From Mycobacteriaceae bacterium (lineage in GTDB: Bacteria; Actinomycetota; Actinomycetes; Mycobacteriales; Mycobacteriaceae): a stretch of 64,000 nucleotides of DNA. The notes under the pieces are model-generated. The model did no database searches and was not told the origin of the DNA. It saw only the letters and a list, made by a program, of their open reading frames with translations. The position numbers and the translations under genes were made by a program. The stretch spans positions 7,086 through 71,085 of the forward strand of contig JAFARC010000011.1 of assembly GCA_019245755.1 (NCBI GenBank). Reading direction: 5' to 3'. This document shows, piece by piece, positions 26,444 to 36,337 of the stretch. The stretch's first letter is position 1; every line of letters begins with the position of its first letter.

Positions 26444-27730
26444 GTGGCACCGACGGGTGGGCCGGCATGGGTCGAGCACGCGATCTGGTGGCAGATCTAC
26501 CCGCTGGGTTTCGTCGGTGCCTTTCCCGCCGACCCCGCCCCCGGGGCGCGCGAGCACAGACTGCGGCGGATCGTCGACTGGTTCGACCACGCGATCGCGC
26601 TCGGCACGTCGGGTTTGGCCCTCGGCCCGATCTTCGCCTCCCGGACACACGGATACGACACCATCGACCATTACCGCATCGACCCGCGGCTCGGCGACGA
26701 CGCCGACCTCGACCATGTCATCGCCGAAGCGCACCGGCGCGGGCTACGGGTGTTGCTGGACGGCGTCTTCAACCACGTCGGCGCGGACTTCCCCGACACC
26801 GACTTGTTCGCCAAGCACGGCAGCGGTTTTCACACATTCGAGGGCCACGGCGACCTCATCACACTGAACCACTCCAGCCCGGAGGTCATCGGCTACGTCG
26901 TCGACGTGATGAACCACTGGCTGGATCGCGGTGCCGACGCCTGGCGTCTCGACGCCGCCTATGCCGTGCCGGATTCCTTCTGGGCCAGCGTCATTCCGCC
27001 GGTGCGGGAGCGCCACCCGGACGCGTGGTTCGTCGGCGAGGTCATCCACGGCGATTACCCGGCACGCGTCCGGGACGCACATTTCGACTCGGTGACCCAG
27101 TACGAGCTCTGGAAGGCGACCTGGAGCGCGCTCAACGACGGCAACTTCCATGAGCTGGACTGGGCGTTGCGGCGCCACAACGACTTCCTCGAGACCTTCA
27201 CGCCGATGACCTTCATCGGCAACCACGATGTCACCCGAATCGCCAGTCGGCTCCACGAACCACGCCACCTGCCGCACGCGCTGGCGATCCTGATGAGCAC
27301 CGGCGGCACCCCCAGCATCTACGCCGGTGACGAATTCGCGTACCGCGGCGTCAAAGAAGAGCGGTTCGGCGGCGACGACGCGGTCCGGCCAGAATTCCCC
27401 ACGCGGCCAACAGAATTCGATGCGGCCACCGCGGACGTCCTCCGGCTGCACCAGTACCTGATCGGGTTGCGGCGACGGCACCCATGGCTGCACCGCGCCA
27501 CCACGACGTCGCTGCACCTGAACAACCGCCAATACGTGTACCTGACCAGACACGGGGATGACGCGCTCATCGTCGCGCTGAATATCGCGGAATCACCGCT
27601 GTCGGTGCCGACGGCCGACCTCGGGTTCGCCCGCGCGGTGGTGCTCGGCGGGGCGGGCATGCCGCCCGAGGCGCAGGTGCACGACGTGGTGGTCGAGCCG
27701 CACGGGTGGCTAATCCTGCGTCCCGGCTAA
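26444..27730 (+). CDS. GH13 alpha-amylase-family glycoside hydrolase (cytoplasmic)
   Basis: The four GH13 regions are present: LLDGVFNHVG, ADAWRLDAAYAV, WFVGEVIHG and FIGNHDVTR. No signal peptide. GTG start. Confidence 0.85.
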   Translation: MAPTGGPAWVEHAIWWQIYPLGFVGAFPADPAPGAREHRLRRIVDWFDHAIALGTSGLALGPIFASRTHGYDTIDHYRIDPRLGDDADLDHVIAEAHRRGLRVLLDGVFNHVGADFPDTDLFAKHGSGFHTFEGHGDLITLNHSSPEVIGYVVDVMNHWLDRGADAWRLDAAYAVPDSFWASVIPPVRERHPDAWFVGEVIHGDYPARVRDAHFDSVTQYELWKATWSALNDGNFHELDWALRRHNDFLETFTPMTFIGNHDVTRIASRLHEPRHLPHALAILMSTGGTPSIYAGDEFAYRGVKEERFGGDDAVRPEFPTRPTEFDAATADVLRLHQYLIGLRRRHPWLHRATTTSLHLNNRQYVYLTRHGDDALIVALNIAESPLSVPTADLGFARAVVLGGAGMPPEAQVHDVVVEPHGWLILRPG

Positions 27731-28144
27731 GCGCTCCAGTGTGGCGGGGTCCTGCTCACCGCCGTAGTACTTGTCGAGCAGCGCCAGGAACTCGGCGTTG
27801 TCGGACGTGGCGCGGCAGAACAGCGTCATCGACGAGCGCACCTTCAGGTTGTCGGGCCAGCCGAAGATGTCGTCGATGGAACTGCCCGGTACGGCGTTCA
27901 CCAGCCGGGTGCAGTCCCGCAGCCGCGGCCCGAGCACCTCGTGCTGCAGGTACGCCCGGGCTTCGGCCAGTGACGAGATCGCGTACTTGGCTGCGGTCGG
28001 GCTGCGGCCAAGACCGGCGAGCTGGGGGAAGATGAACCAGATCCAGTGGCTGCGCTTGCGACCGTTGCGCAGTTCGGCCAGCACCGCGGGGTAGACGCCA
28101 GACTGGGCATCCACGAAGCGTTGCAGGCCGAACGGATCGGTCAC
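27710..28144 (-). CDS. DUF1810 family protein (Rv1873-like)
   Basis: LQRFVDAQ..Y..ELRNGRKRSHWIWFIFPQLAGLGRS..AKYAISSLAEARAYL is the family hallmark. Its 3' end overlaps GH13 by 21 bp (convergent). Confidence 0.8.
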   Translation of the reverse strand: MTDPFGLQRFVDAQSGVYPAVLAELRNGRKRSHWIWFIFPQLAGLGRSPTAAKYAISSLAEARAYLQHEVLGPRLRDCTRLVNAVPGSSIDDIFGWPDNLKVRSSMTLFCRATSDNAEFLALLDKYYGGEQDPATLERLAGTQD

Positions 28145-28145
28145 G

Positions 28146-29741
28146 CTAACCCGTCAGGGACGGGACGATCGCGTCGATAACGTGCGGCCCCGGATCGGAA
28201 AACGCCTCGGCCAGCGCGGCGTTCAGTTCCTCGGCGGTGGTCACCCGGCGGCCGGGAACGCCCATGCCGCCGGCCAGCGCGACGAAATCCAGCCGGGGCG
28301 GGCTGATATTCAGCAACGCCTGCGCCCGCGGGCCGGGAACGCCGCCGGCGCCGGGCGTGTCCGCCCCGACCCGCTGCAGCTCGAGGCGCAGGATGTCGTA
28401 CGCGCCGTTGTTGTAGATCACAGTCGTCACGTCCAGGTTCTCCCGCGCCTGGGTCCACAGCGCGGAGAGCGTGTACATCGCCGAGCCGTCGGCCTGCAGG
28501 CACAGCACCGGCCGCTGCGGAGCGGCGACCGCCGCGCCGACGGCGGCCGGCAACCCCTGGCCGATCGCCCCGCCGGTCAGCGTCAGCCAGTCATGCCGCG
28601 GGGCGCCCGCGGTGGCGGCCGGCAACGCCGGCCCGGCGGTGTTGGACTCGTCGACCACGATCGCGCCCTCGGGCAGCAGCGCGCCCACGGCGGCGGCAAT
28701 CCTGTCACCGGTCAGCGGCCCGGTGGGCCGCGGCGGCCGGGGCGGCCGGGGCGGCCGGGGTGCCGATTCGGCGACGGCTTCGGCGCCGTCGGCGACCAGC
28801 CCGGCCAGCGCCGTCAACGCGGCCGCCGCGCCTCCCGGCTCGGCCAGCACGTGGACGTCGCAGCCCTCGGGCACCAGGTCACTGGGCTGGCCCGGGTACG
28901 CGAAGAACGACACCGGCGGGCGGGCACCGGCCAGGATCAGGTGCTTGGCGCCCGCCAGTTGCATCGCCGCGGCCTCGGCGAGGTAGCCGAGCCGTTCGAC
29001 CCACGGTAGCCCCGCGCCGCGCTCCAGCCGGGCGGGGAACGTTTCGCAGAGCGCCCGCGCACCCGTCGCCTCGGCGATCGCCGCCGCCGCCCGCAGGCCC
29101 TGCTCCCGGGTCGCGTCCCCGCCGATGAGCAGCACCGTCGGCGCGTCGCCGCGCAGGATCTTGGCCGCCATCTCCACGGCCTGGTCGCTGACACCGGAAC
29201 CGGGCGAGTGCGGCGCATCCACCGGCCGGCCCGGCGCGGCGGCGCCGTTCCACGACACGTCGGCAGGCACGATCAGGGTGGCGATCCGGCCCGGAGGGGC
29301 CGTCGCCGCCTGGATCGCCGCCACGGTGTCGGTGCCCACGTCGGCCGCCCGCGGGGTGCGCCGCACCCAGCCGGACACGGTGTGGGCGAGCGCGTCGATG
29401 TCGGACTCGAGCGGCGTGTCGTACTGCTTGTGGTACGTCGCGTGGTCGCCGACCACCACCACCATCGGCACCCGCGCCCGTCTGGCGTTGTGCAGGTTCG
29501 CCAGGCCGTTGCCCAGGCCCGGCCCCAGATGCAGCAGCACCGCCGCCGGCCGGCCCGCGATGCGGGCATAGCCGTCGGCGGCGCCGGTGGCGACGCCCTC
29601 GAACAGGGTCAGGATCCCGCGCATCTGCGGCACGGCATCCAGCGCCGCGACGAAGTGCATCTCCGACGTACCCGGATTGGCGAAGCAGACGTCCACACCG
29701 GCGGCCACCAGAGTGTCGAGCAGTGCCCGCGCACCGTTCAC
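28146..29741 (-). CDS. Thiamine-diphosphate enzyme of the acetolactate synthase large-subunit family (IlvX-like)
   Basis: GTG at 29741 gives VNGARALLDTLVAAGVDVCFANPGTSEMHFVAALD..GYARIAG.. It also has a C-terminal ThDP motif region, GAIGQGLPAAVGA..LQADGSAMY. Confidence 0.8.
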   Translation of the reverse strand: MNGARALLDTLVAAGVDVCFANPGTSEMHFVAALDAVPQMRGILTLFEGVATGAADGYARIAGRPAAVLLHLGPGLGNGLANLHNARRARVPMVVVVGDHATYHKQYDTPLESDIDALAHTVSGWVRRTPRAADVGTDTVAAIQAATAPPGRIATLIVPADVSWNGAAAPGRPVDAPHSPGSGVSDQAVEMAAKILRGDAPTVLLIGGDATREQGLRAAAAIAEATGARALCETFPARLERGAGLPWVERLGYLAEAAAMQLAGAKHLILAGARPPVSFFAYPGQPSDLVPEGCDVHVLAEPGGAAAALTALAGLVADGAEAVAESAPRPPRPPRPPRPTGPLTGDRIAAAVGALLPEGAIVVDESNTAGPALPAATAGAPRHDWLTLTGGAIGQGLPAAVGAAVAAPQRPVLCLQADGSAMYTLSALWTQARENLDVTTVIYNNGAYDILRLELQRVGADTPGAGGVPGPRAQALLNISPPRLDFVALAGGMGVPGRRVTTAEELNAALAEAFSDPGPHVIDAIVPSLTG

Positions 29742-29827
29742 CTGCCCAACATAACCTCTTTCTGCTTTCGGGCTTTGCAGGCTAATCTGCTGCCTTGTGC
29801 CCTCGTCGACCGAAGCCGGCGACTGAG

Positions 29828-31036
29828 ATGCGCCGGCAGCTGCCCCGGGCGCATGACCTCGCACCGCTGATCCGCTTCAAGAAGCCGCAGCTCGACCCCA
29901 CCAAGCGGCGGCTCGCCGCGGCTCTGACCGTCGAAGACCTGCGCACGGTCGCGAGGCGCCGAACCCCCAGGGCGGCATTCGACTACGCCGACGGTGCCGC
30001 AGAGGCGGAGCTGTCGCTGGCGCGGGCCCGGCAGGCCTTCCGCGACATCGAGTTCCACCCGCAGATCCTGCGTGACGTGTCGGCGGTGAACACCGGATGG
30101 CAGGTGCTCGGCGGACCCGTCGCGCTGCCGTTCGGAATCGCGCCCACCGGGTTCACCCGGTTAATGCACACCGAGGGCGAGATCGCCGGCGCGCGGGCGG
30201 CGGGCCGGCGCGGCATCCCGTTTTCGCTGTCGACGCTGGGGACCACGTCGATCGAAGACGTCAAGGCGGCCAATCCGCACGGGCGCAATTGGTTTCAGCT
30301 CTACATGTGGCGGGACCGTGACCGGTCGACGGAGTTGGTCGAACGGGCGGCGCGGGCCGGCTACGACACGCTGTTGGTGACCGTCGACGTTCCGGTCGCC
30401 GGTGCCCGGCTGCGCGACACCCGCAACGGCATGTCGATTCCGCCGGCGCTGACCGCGCGAACGGTGCTCGACACCGTGCGCAGGCCCCGGTGGTGGTTCG
30501 ACTTCTTCACCACCGAGCCGGTCGCATTCGCCAGCTTCGACCGCTGGCCCGGCACGGTGGCCGAACTGCTGGACGCCATGTTCGACCCCACGGTCGGCTA
30601 CCACGACCTCGGCTGGGTCCGGTCGCGGTGGCCGGGCAAGTTCGTCGTCAAGGGCATCCAGACCCTGGCCGACGCGCGAAAGGTCGTCGACATGGGCGCC
30701 GACGGCATCGTGTTGTCCAATCACGGTGGCCGCCAGCTCGATCGGGCGCCGGTGCCGTTCCGGCTGCTGCCCCGGGTCGCCGCGGAACTGGGCTCCGACA
30801 CCGAGATCATGCTGGACACCGGGATCATGTCCGGCGCCGACATCGTCGCGGCCATCGCCCTCGGCGCGCGGTTCACCCTGGTGGGCCGCGCCTATCTGTA
30901 CGGGTTGATGGCCGGCGGTGAGGCGGGCGTGGCACGTGCCGTCGAGATCCTGTCGAGCCAGGTCACCCGCACGATGCGACTACTGGGCGTGACCTGCCTG
31001 GACGAGCTGGGGCCACAGCACGTAAGCCAGCTTTAA
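29828..31036 (+). CDS. lldD2: FMN-dependent L-lactate (alpha-hydroxy-acid) dehydrogenase
   Basis: The ATG at 29828 gives [77 protein letters not shown]. This is collinear with my recollection of M. tuberculosis LldD2. Confidence 0.85.
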   Translation: MRRQLPRAHDLAPLIRFKKPQLDPTKRRLAAALTVEDLRTVARRRTPRAAFDYADGAAEAELSLARARQAFRDIEFHPQILRDVSAVNTGWQVLGGPVALPFGIAPTGFTRLMHTEGEIAGARAAGRRGIPFSLSTLGTTSIEDVKAANPHGRNWFQLYMWRDRDRSTELVERAARAGYDTLLVTVDVPVAGARLRDTRNGMSIPPALTARTVLDTVRRPRWWFDFFTTEPVAFASFDRWPGTVAELLDAMFDPTVGYHDLGWVRSRWPGKFVVKGIQTLADARKVVDMGADGIVLSNHGGRQLDRAPVPFRLLPRVAAELGSDTEIMLDTGIMSGADIVAAIALGARFTLVGRAYLYGLMAGGEAGVARAVEILSSQVTRTMRLLGVTCLDELGPQHVSQL

Positions 31037-31566
31037 GGCAGGTTCGGGAGGGGGCGGAGTTGCCCGGTCGCGCTGTTGATCAGCGCGGCGTGGTCCAGCG
31101 TCGCCGGCAGCGGCAAGACATCGAAAACCGCGGTCGCCACCTCGGGAAGCTGCGCCAGCGGAACCCGGGGTGCCAGCGAGCAATGCGGCACCCAGACCCC
31201 CGGTCGGTAGTGCTTATGCAGATCGGCTCCGGCGGCGGCGACCGCATCGACGACCCGCTGTTGGCGCGCGGCCAGGTCGGCGCTGACCCCGGCCAGCAGC
31301 CACGTCCGGCCGCGGCGAAAGAGCCCGACACCGTCGAAGTGCAGCCGCACCGCTGGCCCACCGCCCAGCGCGGCCAGGGCCCCGGTGACCCCCGGGTCGT
31401 CCCAGCGGCGCAGTACCGCGTAGGACACGTGCGGCACGTGGCGTCCATGGGTGTGCGACCGCAGGCTGGGCACACCCAGCCCCTCCAGTCGATCCCACAG
31501 CGCCCGGACCGCCCGCTCCGAGCGGCGGTCGAACAGCAGGCACACTGCCAGGGCCACGGCTTCCAC
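31033..31566 (-). CDS. 2H phosphoesterase superfamily protein (2'-5' RNA ligase/LigT-like)
   Basis: The C-terminal part of ORF 31033..32289 carries two H-x-S-x motifs (PHVSY and PHCSL) at the expected spacing. Start assigned to the GTG at 31566. The upstream part of the ORF is antisense to the HhH-GPD gene. Confidence 0.6.
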   Translation of the reverse strand: MEAVALAVCLLFDRRSERAVRALWDRLEGLGVPSLRSHTHGRHVPHVSYAVLRRWDDPGVTGALAALGGGPAVRLHFDGVGLFRRGRTWLLAGVSADLAARQQRVVDAVAAAGADLHKHYRPGVWVPHCSLAPRVPLAQLPEVATAVFDVLPLPATLDHAALINSATGQLRPLPNLP

Positions 31567-31620
31567 TGTCCCGCACCGTCGCCGCGGTTTGGCTGTCGAG
31601 CCGCCGGGTACCCCCCGCCG

Positions 31621-32262
31621 GTGGCCCAGGCCGACCCCGCCGCGGTGGCCCGCCGACTGTTGAAGGTCGCGGGCACGACCTACGCCGGGGAGGCGGGAAT
31701 CCGGTTGAAGGACACGCCGCAGCCGCTGTTCTGCTTGCTGATGCTGTGCTCGCTGATGAGCAAGCCGATATCGGCCGAGATCGCCGTCGCCGCCGCCAAG
31801 GAGCTGTTCGCGCTTGGCCTGCGCACGCCGCAAAAGGTGCTCGACGCCGACCGCTCCGACATGATCCGCGCATTCGGGCGGGCGCACTACGTCCGCTACG
31901 ACGAGAGCACGGCGAGCAGGTTGCCCGAGATGGCCGGGTCGGCGTTGGACAAATACCGCGGCGATCTGCGTCGGCTGGGCGCCGAAAGCAACCGGGATAG
32001 GGCCGAGGCGAAGCGACTGCTGAAGGAATTCAAGGGAATTGGCGACACCGGCGCCGACATCTTCCTGCGCGAGGCGCAGGATGTGTGGACCTGGGCGCGC
32101 CCTTACTTCGACAAGAAGGCGCTCGCGTCGGCGCGCCAGCTGGGCCTGCCGACCGACACCGACGAGCTGGCGGCGCTGGCGCCGCGGGCCACGGCCCGGC
32201 TGGCCGCGGCACTGATCCGGGCGTCGCTGCGCGACGATGTGCGTCAGCAGGTGACCGGCTGA
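31621..32262 (+). CDS. HhH-GPD superfamily (endonuclease III-like) protein
   Basis: The C-terminal part of ORF 31060..32262 has ..LLKEFKGIGDTGADIFLRE.. (helix-hairpin-helix with a GIG hairpin). Start assigned to the GTG at 31621, with 31645 as an alternative. Confidence 0.55.
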   Translation: MAQADPAAVARRLLKVAGTTYAGEAGIRLKDTPQPLFCLLMLCSLMSKPISAEIAVAAAKELFALGLRTPQKVLDADRSDMIRAFGRAHYVRYDESTASRLPEMAGSALDKYRGDLRRLGAESNRDRAEAKRLLKEFKGIGDTGADIFLREAQDVWTWARPYFDKKALASARQLGLPTDTDELAALAPRATARLAAALIRASLRDDVRQQVTG

Positions 32263-32292
32263 CGGGTCGGGAACAAACCAGGCCGCCACCAG

Positions 32293-32313
32293 GTTGAGCC
32301 CATCAGGCTTAAC
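32293..32313. promoter_or_regulatory. HAIR-like inverted repeat (gTTGAGC-N7-GCTTAAc) 13 bp upstream of the lon ATG
   Basis: Compared with the HspR operator consensus CTTGAGT-N7-ACTCAAG, 9 of 14 positions match and the N7 spacing is correct. It overlaps or precedes the GGAGGA ribosome-binding site. Confidence 0.3.
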
Positions 32314-32325
32314 TTTGGAGGATGA

Positions 32326-34665
32326 ATGCCTGAACCGATTTCCGTGCCGGTGCTGTTCGTGGCTGACACCGTGGTGCTGCCCGGAATGGTGGTGCCCATC
32401 GCGCTGGACGACACCGCCCGGGCCGCCGTCGAGGCCGCCCGCGCGAGTGACTCCGGCAAGCTGCTCATCGCGCCCCGGCTGGATGACCGCTACCCGTCAT
32501 ACGGGGTGATCGCGTCGATCCTGCAGGTGGGCCGCGTCGCCGGCGGCACCGCGGCGGTCGTGCGGGGCGAGTGCAGGGCGCAGATCGGCGCCGGGGCCAA
32601 CGGACCCGGGACCGCGCTCTGGGTGCAGGTCACCGAGGTCGCCGACAGCCCGCCGACGGAGGAGACCCGCGCGCTGGCCGCCGAGTACAAGAAGCTGCTG
32701 CTGGCCATGTTGCAGCGGCGCGAGGCCTGGCAGATCGTCGATGTGGTCAATCAGCTGACCGACCCCTCGGCGCTGGCCGACACCGCCGGCTACGGGTCCT
32801 ACCTGACCGACGTCCAGAAGCGTCAGCTGCTGGAGACACCGGACGTCGCGGAACGGCTGCGCGCGCTGATCACCTGGACCGGCGACCATCTGGCCGAGGT
32901 CGAGGTCAGCGACAAGATCGCCAAGGACGTGCGCACCGGAATGGAGAAGCAGCAGAAGGAGTTTCTGCTACGCCAACAGCTGGCCGCGATCCGCAAGGAG
33001 CTCGGCGAGGGCGAACCGGACGGCTCCGACGACTACCGGGCTCGCATCGAGGCCGCCGACCTGCCGGAGAAGGTGCGCGAGGCCGCGCTGCGCGAGGCCG
33101 CCAAGTTGGAACGCTCCAGCGAACAGAGCCCCGAGGGGGGCTGGATCCGCACCTGGCTGGACACCGTGCTCGACATGCCGTGGAACGTCAAGACCGAGGA
33201 CTCGACCGACCTGGCCGCGGCGCGCGCGATCCTGGACGCCGACCACCACGGATTGGATGACGTCAAGGACCGCATCGTGGAGTATCTGGCCGTGCGGGCG
33301 CGCCGCGCGCAGCGCGGGCTGCAGGTCGTCGGCGGTCGCGGCTCGGGCGCGGTGATGGCGCTGGCCGGCCCGCCCGGCGTCGGCAAGACGTCGCTGGGTG
33401 AGAGTGTGGCCCGCGCGCTGGGCCGCAAGTTCGTGCGCGTCGCACTGGGCGGCGTGCGGGACGAAGCCGAGATCCGCGGCCATCGGCGGACCTACGTCGG
33501 GGCGCTGCCCGGTCGCATCGTGCGCGCGATCAGCGAAGCGGGGTCGATGAACCCCGTCGTGCTGCTGGACGAGGTCGACAAGGTCGGCTCCGACTACCGT
33601 GGCGACCCGAGCGCGGCGCTGCTCGAGGTGCTGGACCCGGCGCAGAACCACACGTTCCGCGACCACTACCTGGATCTGGACCTGGACCTGTCCGACGTGG
33701 TGTTCCTGGCCACCGCCAACGTGATCGAGAACATCCCGTCGGCGCTGCTGGACCGCATGGAGCTGGTCCAGATCGACGGTTACACCGAGGACGACAAGGT
33801 CGCGATCGCCCGCGACTTCCTGCTGCCCAGGCAGCGGGACCGGGCGGCGCTGACCGAGGAGGAGGTCACGGTGACCGAGGCCGCGCTGCGCAAGATCGCC
33901 GCCGACTACACCCGGGAACCCGGCGTGCGGCAGTTCGAGCGGCTGCTGGCCAAGGCCCTGCGCAAGGCGACGACGAAACTGGCCGAGGGCACCACCGCTG
34001 ATATCACGGGTGCCACGGCTCCGGTCGTGATCGACGAGCCCGACCTGGTCGGCTATCTGGGCCGGCCGCGGTTCACTCCCGAGTCGGCCGAACGCACGGC
34101 CGTGCCAGGCGTGGCCACCGGCCTGGCGGTGACCGGGCTGGGCGGCGACGTGCTGTACATCGAGGCCAGCTCGACAGACGGTGAGCCGGGCCTGCAGCTG
34201 ACTGGCCAGCTGGGCGACGTCATGAAGGAGTCGGCACAGATCGCGCTGTCCTACGTCCGCTCGCACGCTGCTGCCCTCGGCGTCGACCCCAAGGCGCTGG
34301 ACCGCAAGATTCACGTCCACGTGCCCGCGGGCGCGGTGCCCAAGGACGGTCCGTCCGCTGGTGTCACGATGGTCACCGCGCTGGTGTCGATGGCCAGCGG
34401 CCGGCAGGTCCGCTCGGACGTCGGCATGACCGGTGAGGTGACGCTGAACGGCAGGGTGCTGCCGATCGGCGGCGTCAAGCAGAAGCTGCTCGCCGCGCAA
34501 CGCGCCGGACTGTCTACGGTTTTCATTCCCCAGCGCAACGAGCCCGACCTGGACGACGTGCCGGCCGAGGTTCTGGAGGCGCTCGAGGTGAAGCCGATGA
34601 TCGACGTCGCCGACATCATCGCGCAGGCGCTGGAACCCGCCGAGGTCGCCACGGCTGCCGCCTGA
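32326..34665 (+). CDS. lon: ATP-dependent Lon protease (LonA)
   Basis: N-terminal LON domain, Walker A GPPGVGKTS, Walker B VVLLDEVDK, and Ser-Lys dyad contexts PKDGPSAGVTM and IGGVKQKLLAA. 779 aa. Confidence 0.95.
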   Translation: MPEPISVPVLFVADTVVLPGMVVPIALDDTARAAVEAARASDSGKLLIAPRLDDRYPSYGVIASILQVGRVAGGTAAVVRGECRAQIGAGANGPGTALWVQVTEVADSPPTEETRALAAEYKKLLLAMLQRREAWQIVDVVNQLTDPSALADTAGYGSYLTDVQKRQLLETPDVAERLRALITWTGDHLAEVEVSDKIAKDVRTGMEKQQKEFLLRQQLAAIRKELGEGEPDGSDDYRARIEAADLPEKVREAALREAAKLERSSEQSPEGGWIRTWLDTVLDMPWNVKTEDSTDLAAARAILDADHHGLDDVKDRIVEYLAVRARRAQRGLQVVGGRGSGAVMALAGPPGVGKTSLGESVARALGRKFVRVALGGVRDEAEIRGHRRTYVGALPGRIVRAISEAGSMNPVVLLDEVDKVGSDYRGDPSAALLEVLDPAQNHTFRDHYLDLDLDLSDVVFLATANVIENIPSALLDRMELVQIDGYTEDDKVAIARDFLLPRQRDRAALTEEEVTVTEAALRKIAADYTREPGVRQFERLLAKALRKATTKLAEGTTADITGATAPVVIDEPDLVGYLGRPRFTPESAERTAVPGVATGLAVTGLGGDVLYIEASSTDGEPGLQLTGQLGDVMKESAQIALSYVRSHAAALGVDPKALDRKIHVHVPAGAVPKDGPSAGVTMVTALVSMASGRQVRSDVGMTGEVTLNGRVLPIGGVKQKLLAAQRAGLSTVFIPQRNEPDLDDVPAEVLEALEVKPMIDVADIIAQALEPAEVATAAA

Positions 34666-34680
34666 CGGCACTACTGTCGA

Positions 34681-35016
34681 GTGGTGGGGTACGACGAGGA
34701 GCTGGCCGACCGCATCCGCGAACTCCTCGGCTCCGAGCGCGGCGTCGAGGAGAAGCGGATGTTCGGGGGGCTGGCGTTTTTGATCAACGGCAACATGGCC
34801 GTGGCCGCCAGCGGCCAGGGCGGGCTGCTGGTGCGGGTGGCGCCGGAGGACACCGAGAAACTCGCGGAGCGCCAGCACGTCGGTCCGATGGTGATGGGGG
34901 GGCGGGAAGCCCGCGGCTGGCTCCGAGTGAATACCGACGGCGTGAAGACCAAGCGGCAGCTGCGGTCCTGGGTCACCCGGGGTGCCGAATACGCCAAGGG
35001 TCTGGCGCCCAAGTAA
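34681..35016 (+). CDS. TfoX N-terminal domain protein
   Basis: 111 aa. ..EEKRMFGGLAFLINGNMAV.. is the TfoX_N signature. GTG start 15 bp after the lon stop. Confidence 0.7.
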   Translation: MVGYDEELADRIRELLGSERGVEEKRMFGGLAFLINGNMAVAASGQGGLLVRVAPEDTEKLAERQHVGPMVMGGREARGWLRVNTDGVKTKRQLRSWVTRGAEYAKGLAPK

Positions 35017-35060
35017 TGGTTTGGCCACGTCGGCCGCGGGTATATGTCGGCGTGGCCGAA

Positions 35061-35618
35061 ATGCTTGTTCAATCGCCCGACGACGTCATCGCGTTCCTCA
35101 AAGCCCAGCATGACCTCATCAAGGACATGTTCGACGAAGTGCTGCACGCGTCGGAGGACAAACCGCGCGAGAAAGCGTTCGTGGACTTGCGGCAACTGCT
35201 CGCCGTACACGAGACCGCCGAGGAAATGGTGGTTCACCCGAGGGTGCGTCGCGAGGTGGACGGGGGCGACGCGATCGTCGACGCCCGACTCAACGAGGAG
35301 CACGACGCGAAGGAGCTGCTGTCGAGCATCGAAAGCCTCGACATCGGCTCGAAGCAGTTCATCGATGAGCTCACCAAGCTGCGCGACGCGGTGGTGGAGC
35401 ACGCCGAGCACGAGGAGAACGATGAGTTCCCCAAGCTGCAGCGCGGGCTCGACGCGGACGACGCCAAGCGGATGGGAACGGCCGTGCGTGCCGCCGAGGC
35501 CATCGCACCGACCCGTCCCCATGCCGGCGTGGAATCGGCGAAGCTGAATTTCGCCGTTGGACCGTTCGCATCGATGCTCGATCGCGCCCGAGACGTGATC
35601 AAAGAAGCCATCAGCTAG
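35061..35618 (+). CDS. Hemerythrin (HHE cation-binding) domain protein
   Basis: ATG at 35061. H/E ligands sit in ..LKAQHDLIKDMFDE.., ..LAVHETAEEMVVHP.. and ..VVEHAEHEENDEF... Confidence 0.7.
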   Translation: MLVQSPDDVIAFLKAQHDLIKDMFDEVLHASEDKPREKAFVDLRQLLAVHETAEEMVVHPRVRREVDGGDAIVDARLNEEHDAKELLSSIESLDIGSKQFIDELTKLRDAVVEHAEHEENDEFPKLQRGLDADDAKRMGTAVRAAEAIAPTRPHAGVESAKLNFAVGPFASMLDRARDVIKEAIS

Positions 35619-35674
35619 GCGCAACAGCTTCTGACGAAATCCTCAAAAGTGAGGTCGGCTGCTAGGATGGCGCG

Positions 35675-36337
35675 GTGGCCGACGACAAGACCGCACCGGC
35701 GAACCGCCTGGAGCGGCGCAAGATGCGCACCCGTGCGGCGCTGATCCGCGCCGCGCAGGAACTCATCGCGGACGGCAAGCTCAACGTGCCGGTGCTCGAG
35801 ATCACCCGGGCGGCCGACGTCGGGATGGGTTCGTTCTACAACCACTTCGACAGCAAGGAGCAGCTGTTCGAGGCCGCCCTCAACGAGGTGCTCGACATGC
35901 ACGGCGCGCTGCTCGACCGGCTCGCCGAATCGATGGAGGACCCGGCGGAGGTCTTCGCCAGCAGCTTCCGGCTCACCGGCCGGATGTTTCGGAAGCGTCC
36001 CGACCTGAGCCGCGTGCTGCTCAACAGCGGGCTGGCGCTGATCAGCGCGGACCGGGGGCTGGGTCCACGGGCCATGCGCGACATCGCGGCGGCTAGCAGG
36101 GCCGGCCGGTTCAGGGTCGCCGATCCCGAGCTGGCGATGGCCGTGGCCGGTGGCGCGCTGATGGGCCTGGGCCAGCTGCTCACCGACCAGCCGGAGCGCG
36201 ACGACGCCGAAGCCACCGACCAGGTCGCCGCGGACCTGCTGCGGATCTGCGGGGTGCCGGCCGATGAGGCGCGCGAGATCTGCCGACGGCCGCTGCCCGA
36301 CATCGACGACCTGGCCGAGCCCGACTCGGCCGCGTGA
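35675..36337 (+). CDS. TetR-family transcriptional regulator
   Basis: HTH region: LNVPVLEITRAADVGMGSFYNHFDSKEQLF. The stop overlaps the DUF72 start (GTGA). Confidence 0.8.
   Translation: MADDKTAPANRLERRKMRTRAALIRAAQELIADGKLNVPVLEITRAADVGMGSFYNHFDSKEQLFEAALNEVLDMHGALLDRLAESMEDPAEVFASSFRLTGRMFRKRPDLSRVLLNSGLALISADRGLGPRAMRDIAAASRAGRFRVADPELAMAVAGGALMGLGQLLTDQPERDDAEATDQVAADLLRICGVPADEAREICRRPLPDIDDLAEPDSAA

Noticed and set aside
32968-35028. 686-aa minus-strand ORF
   Set aside because: It is antisense to lon and TfoX, with low-complexity R/G/A/P composition. lon on the plus strand is unambiguous.
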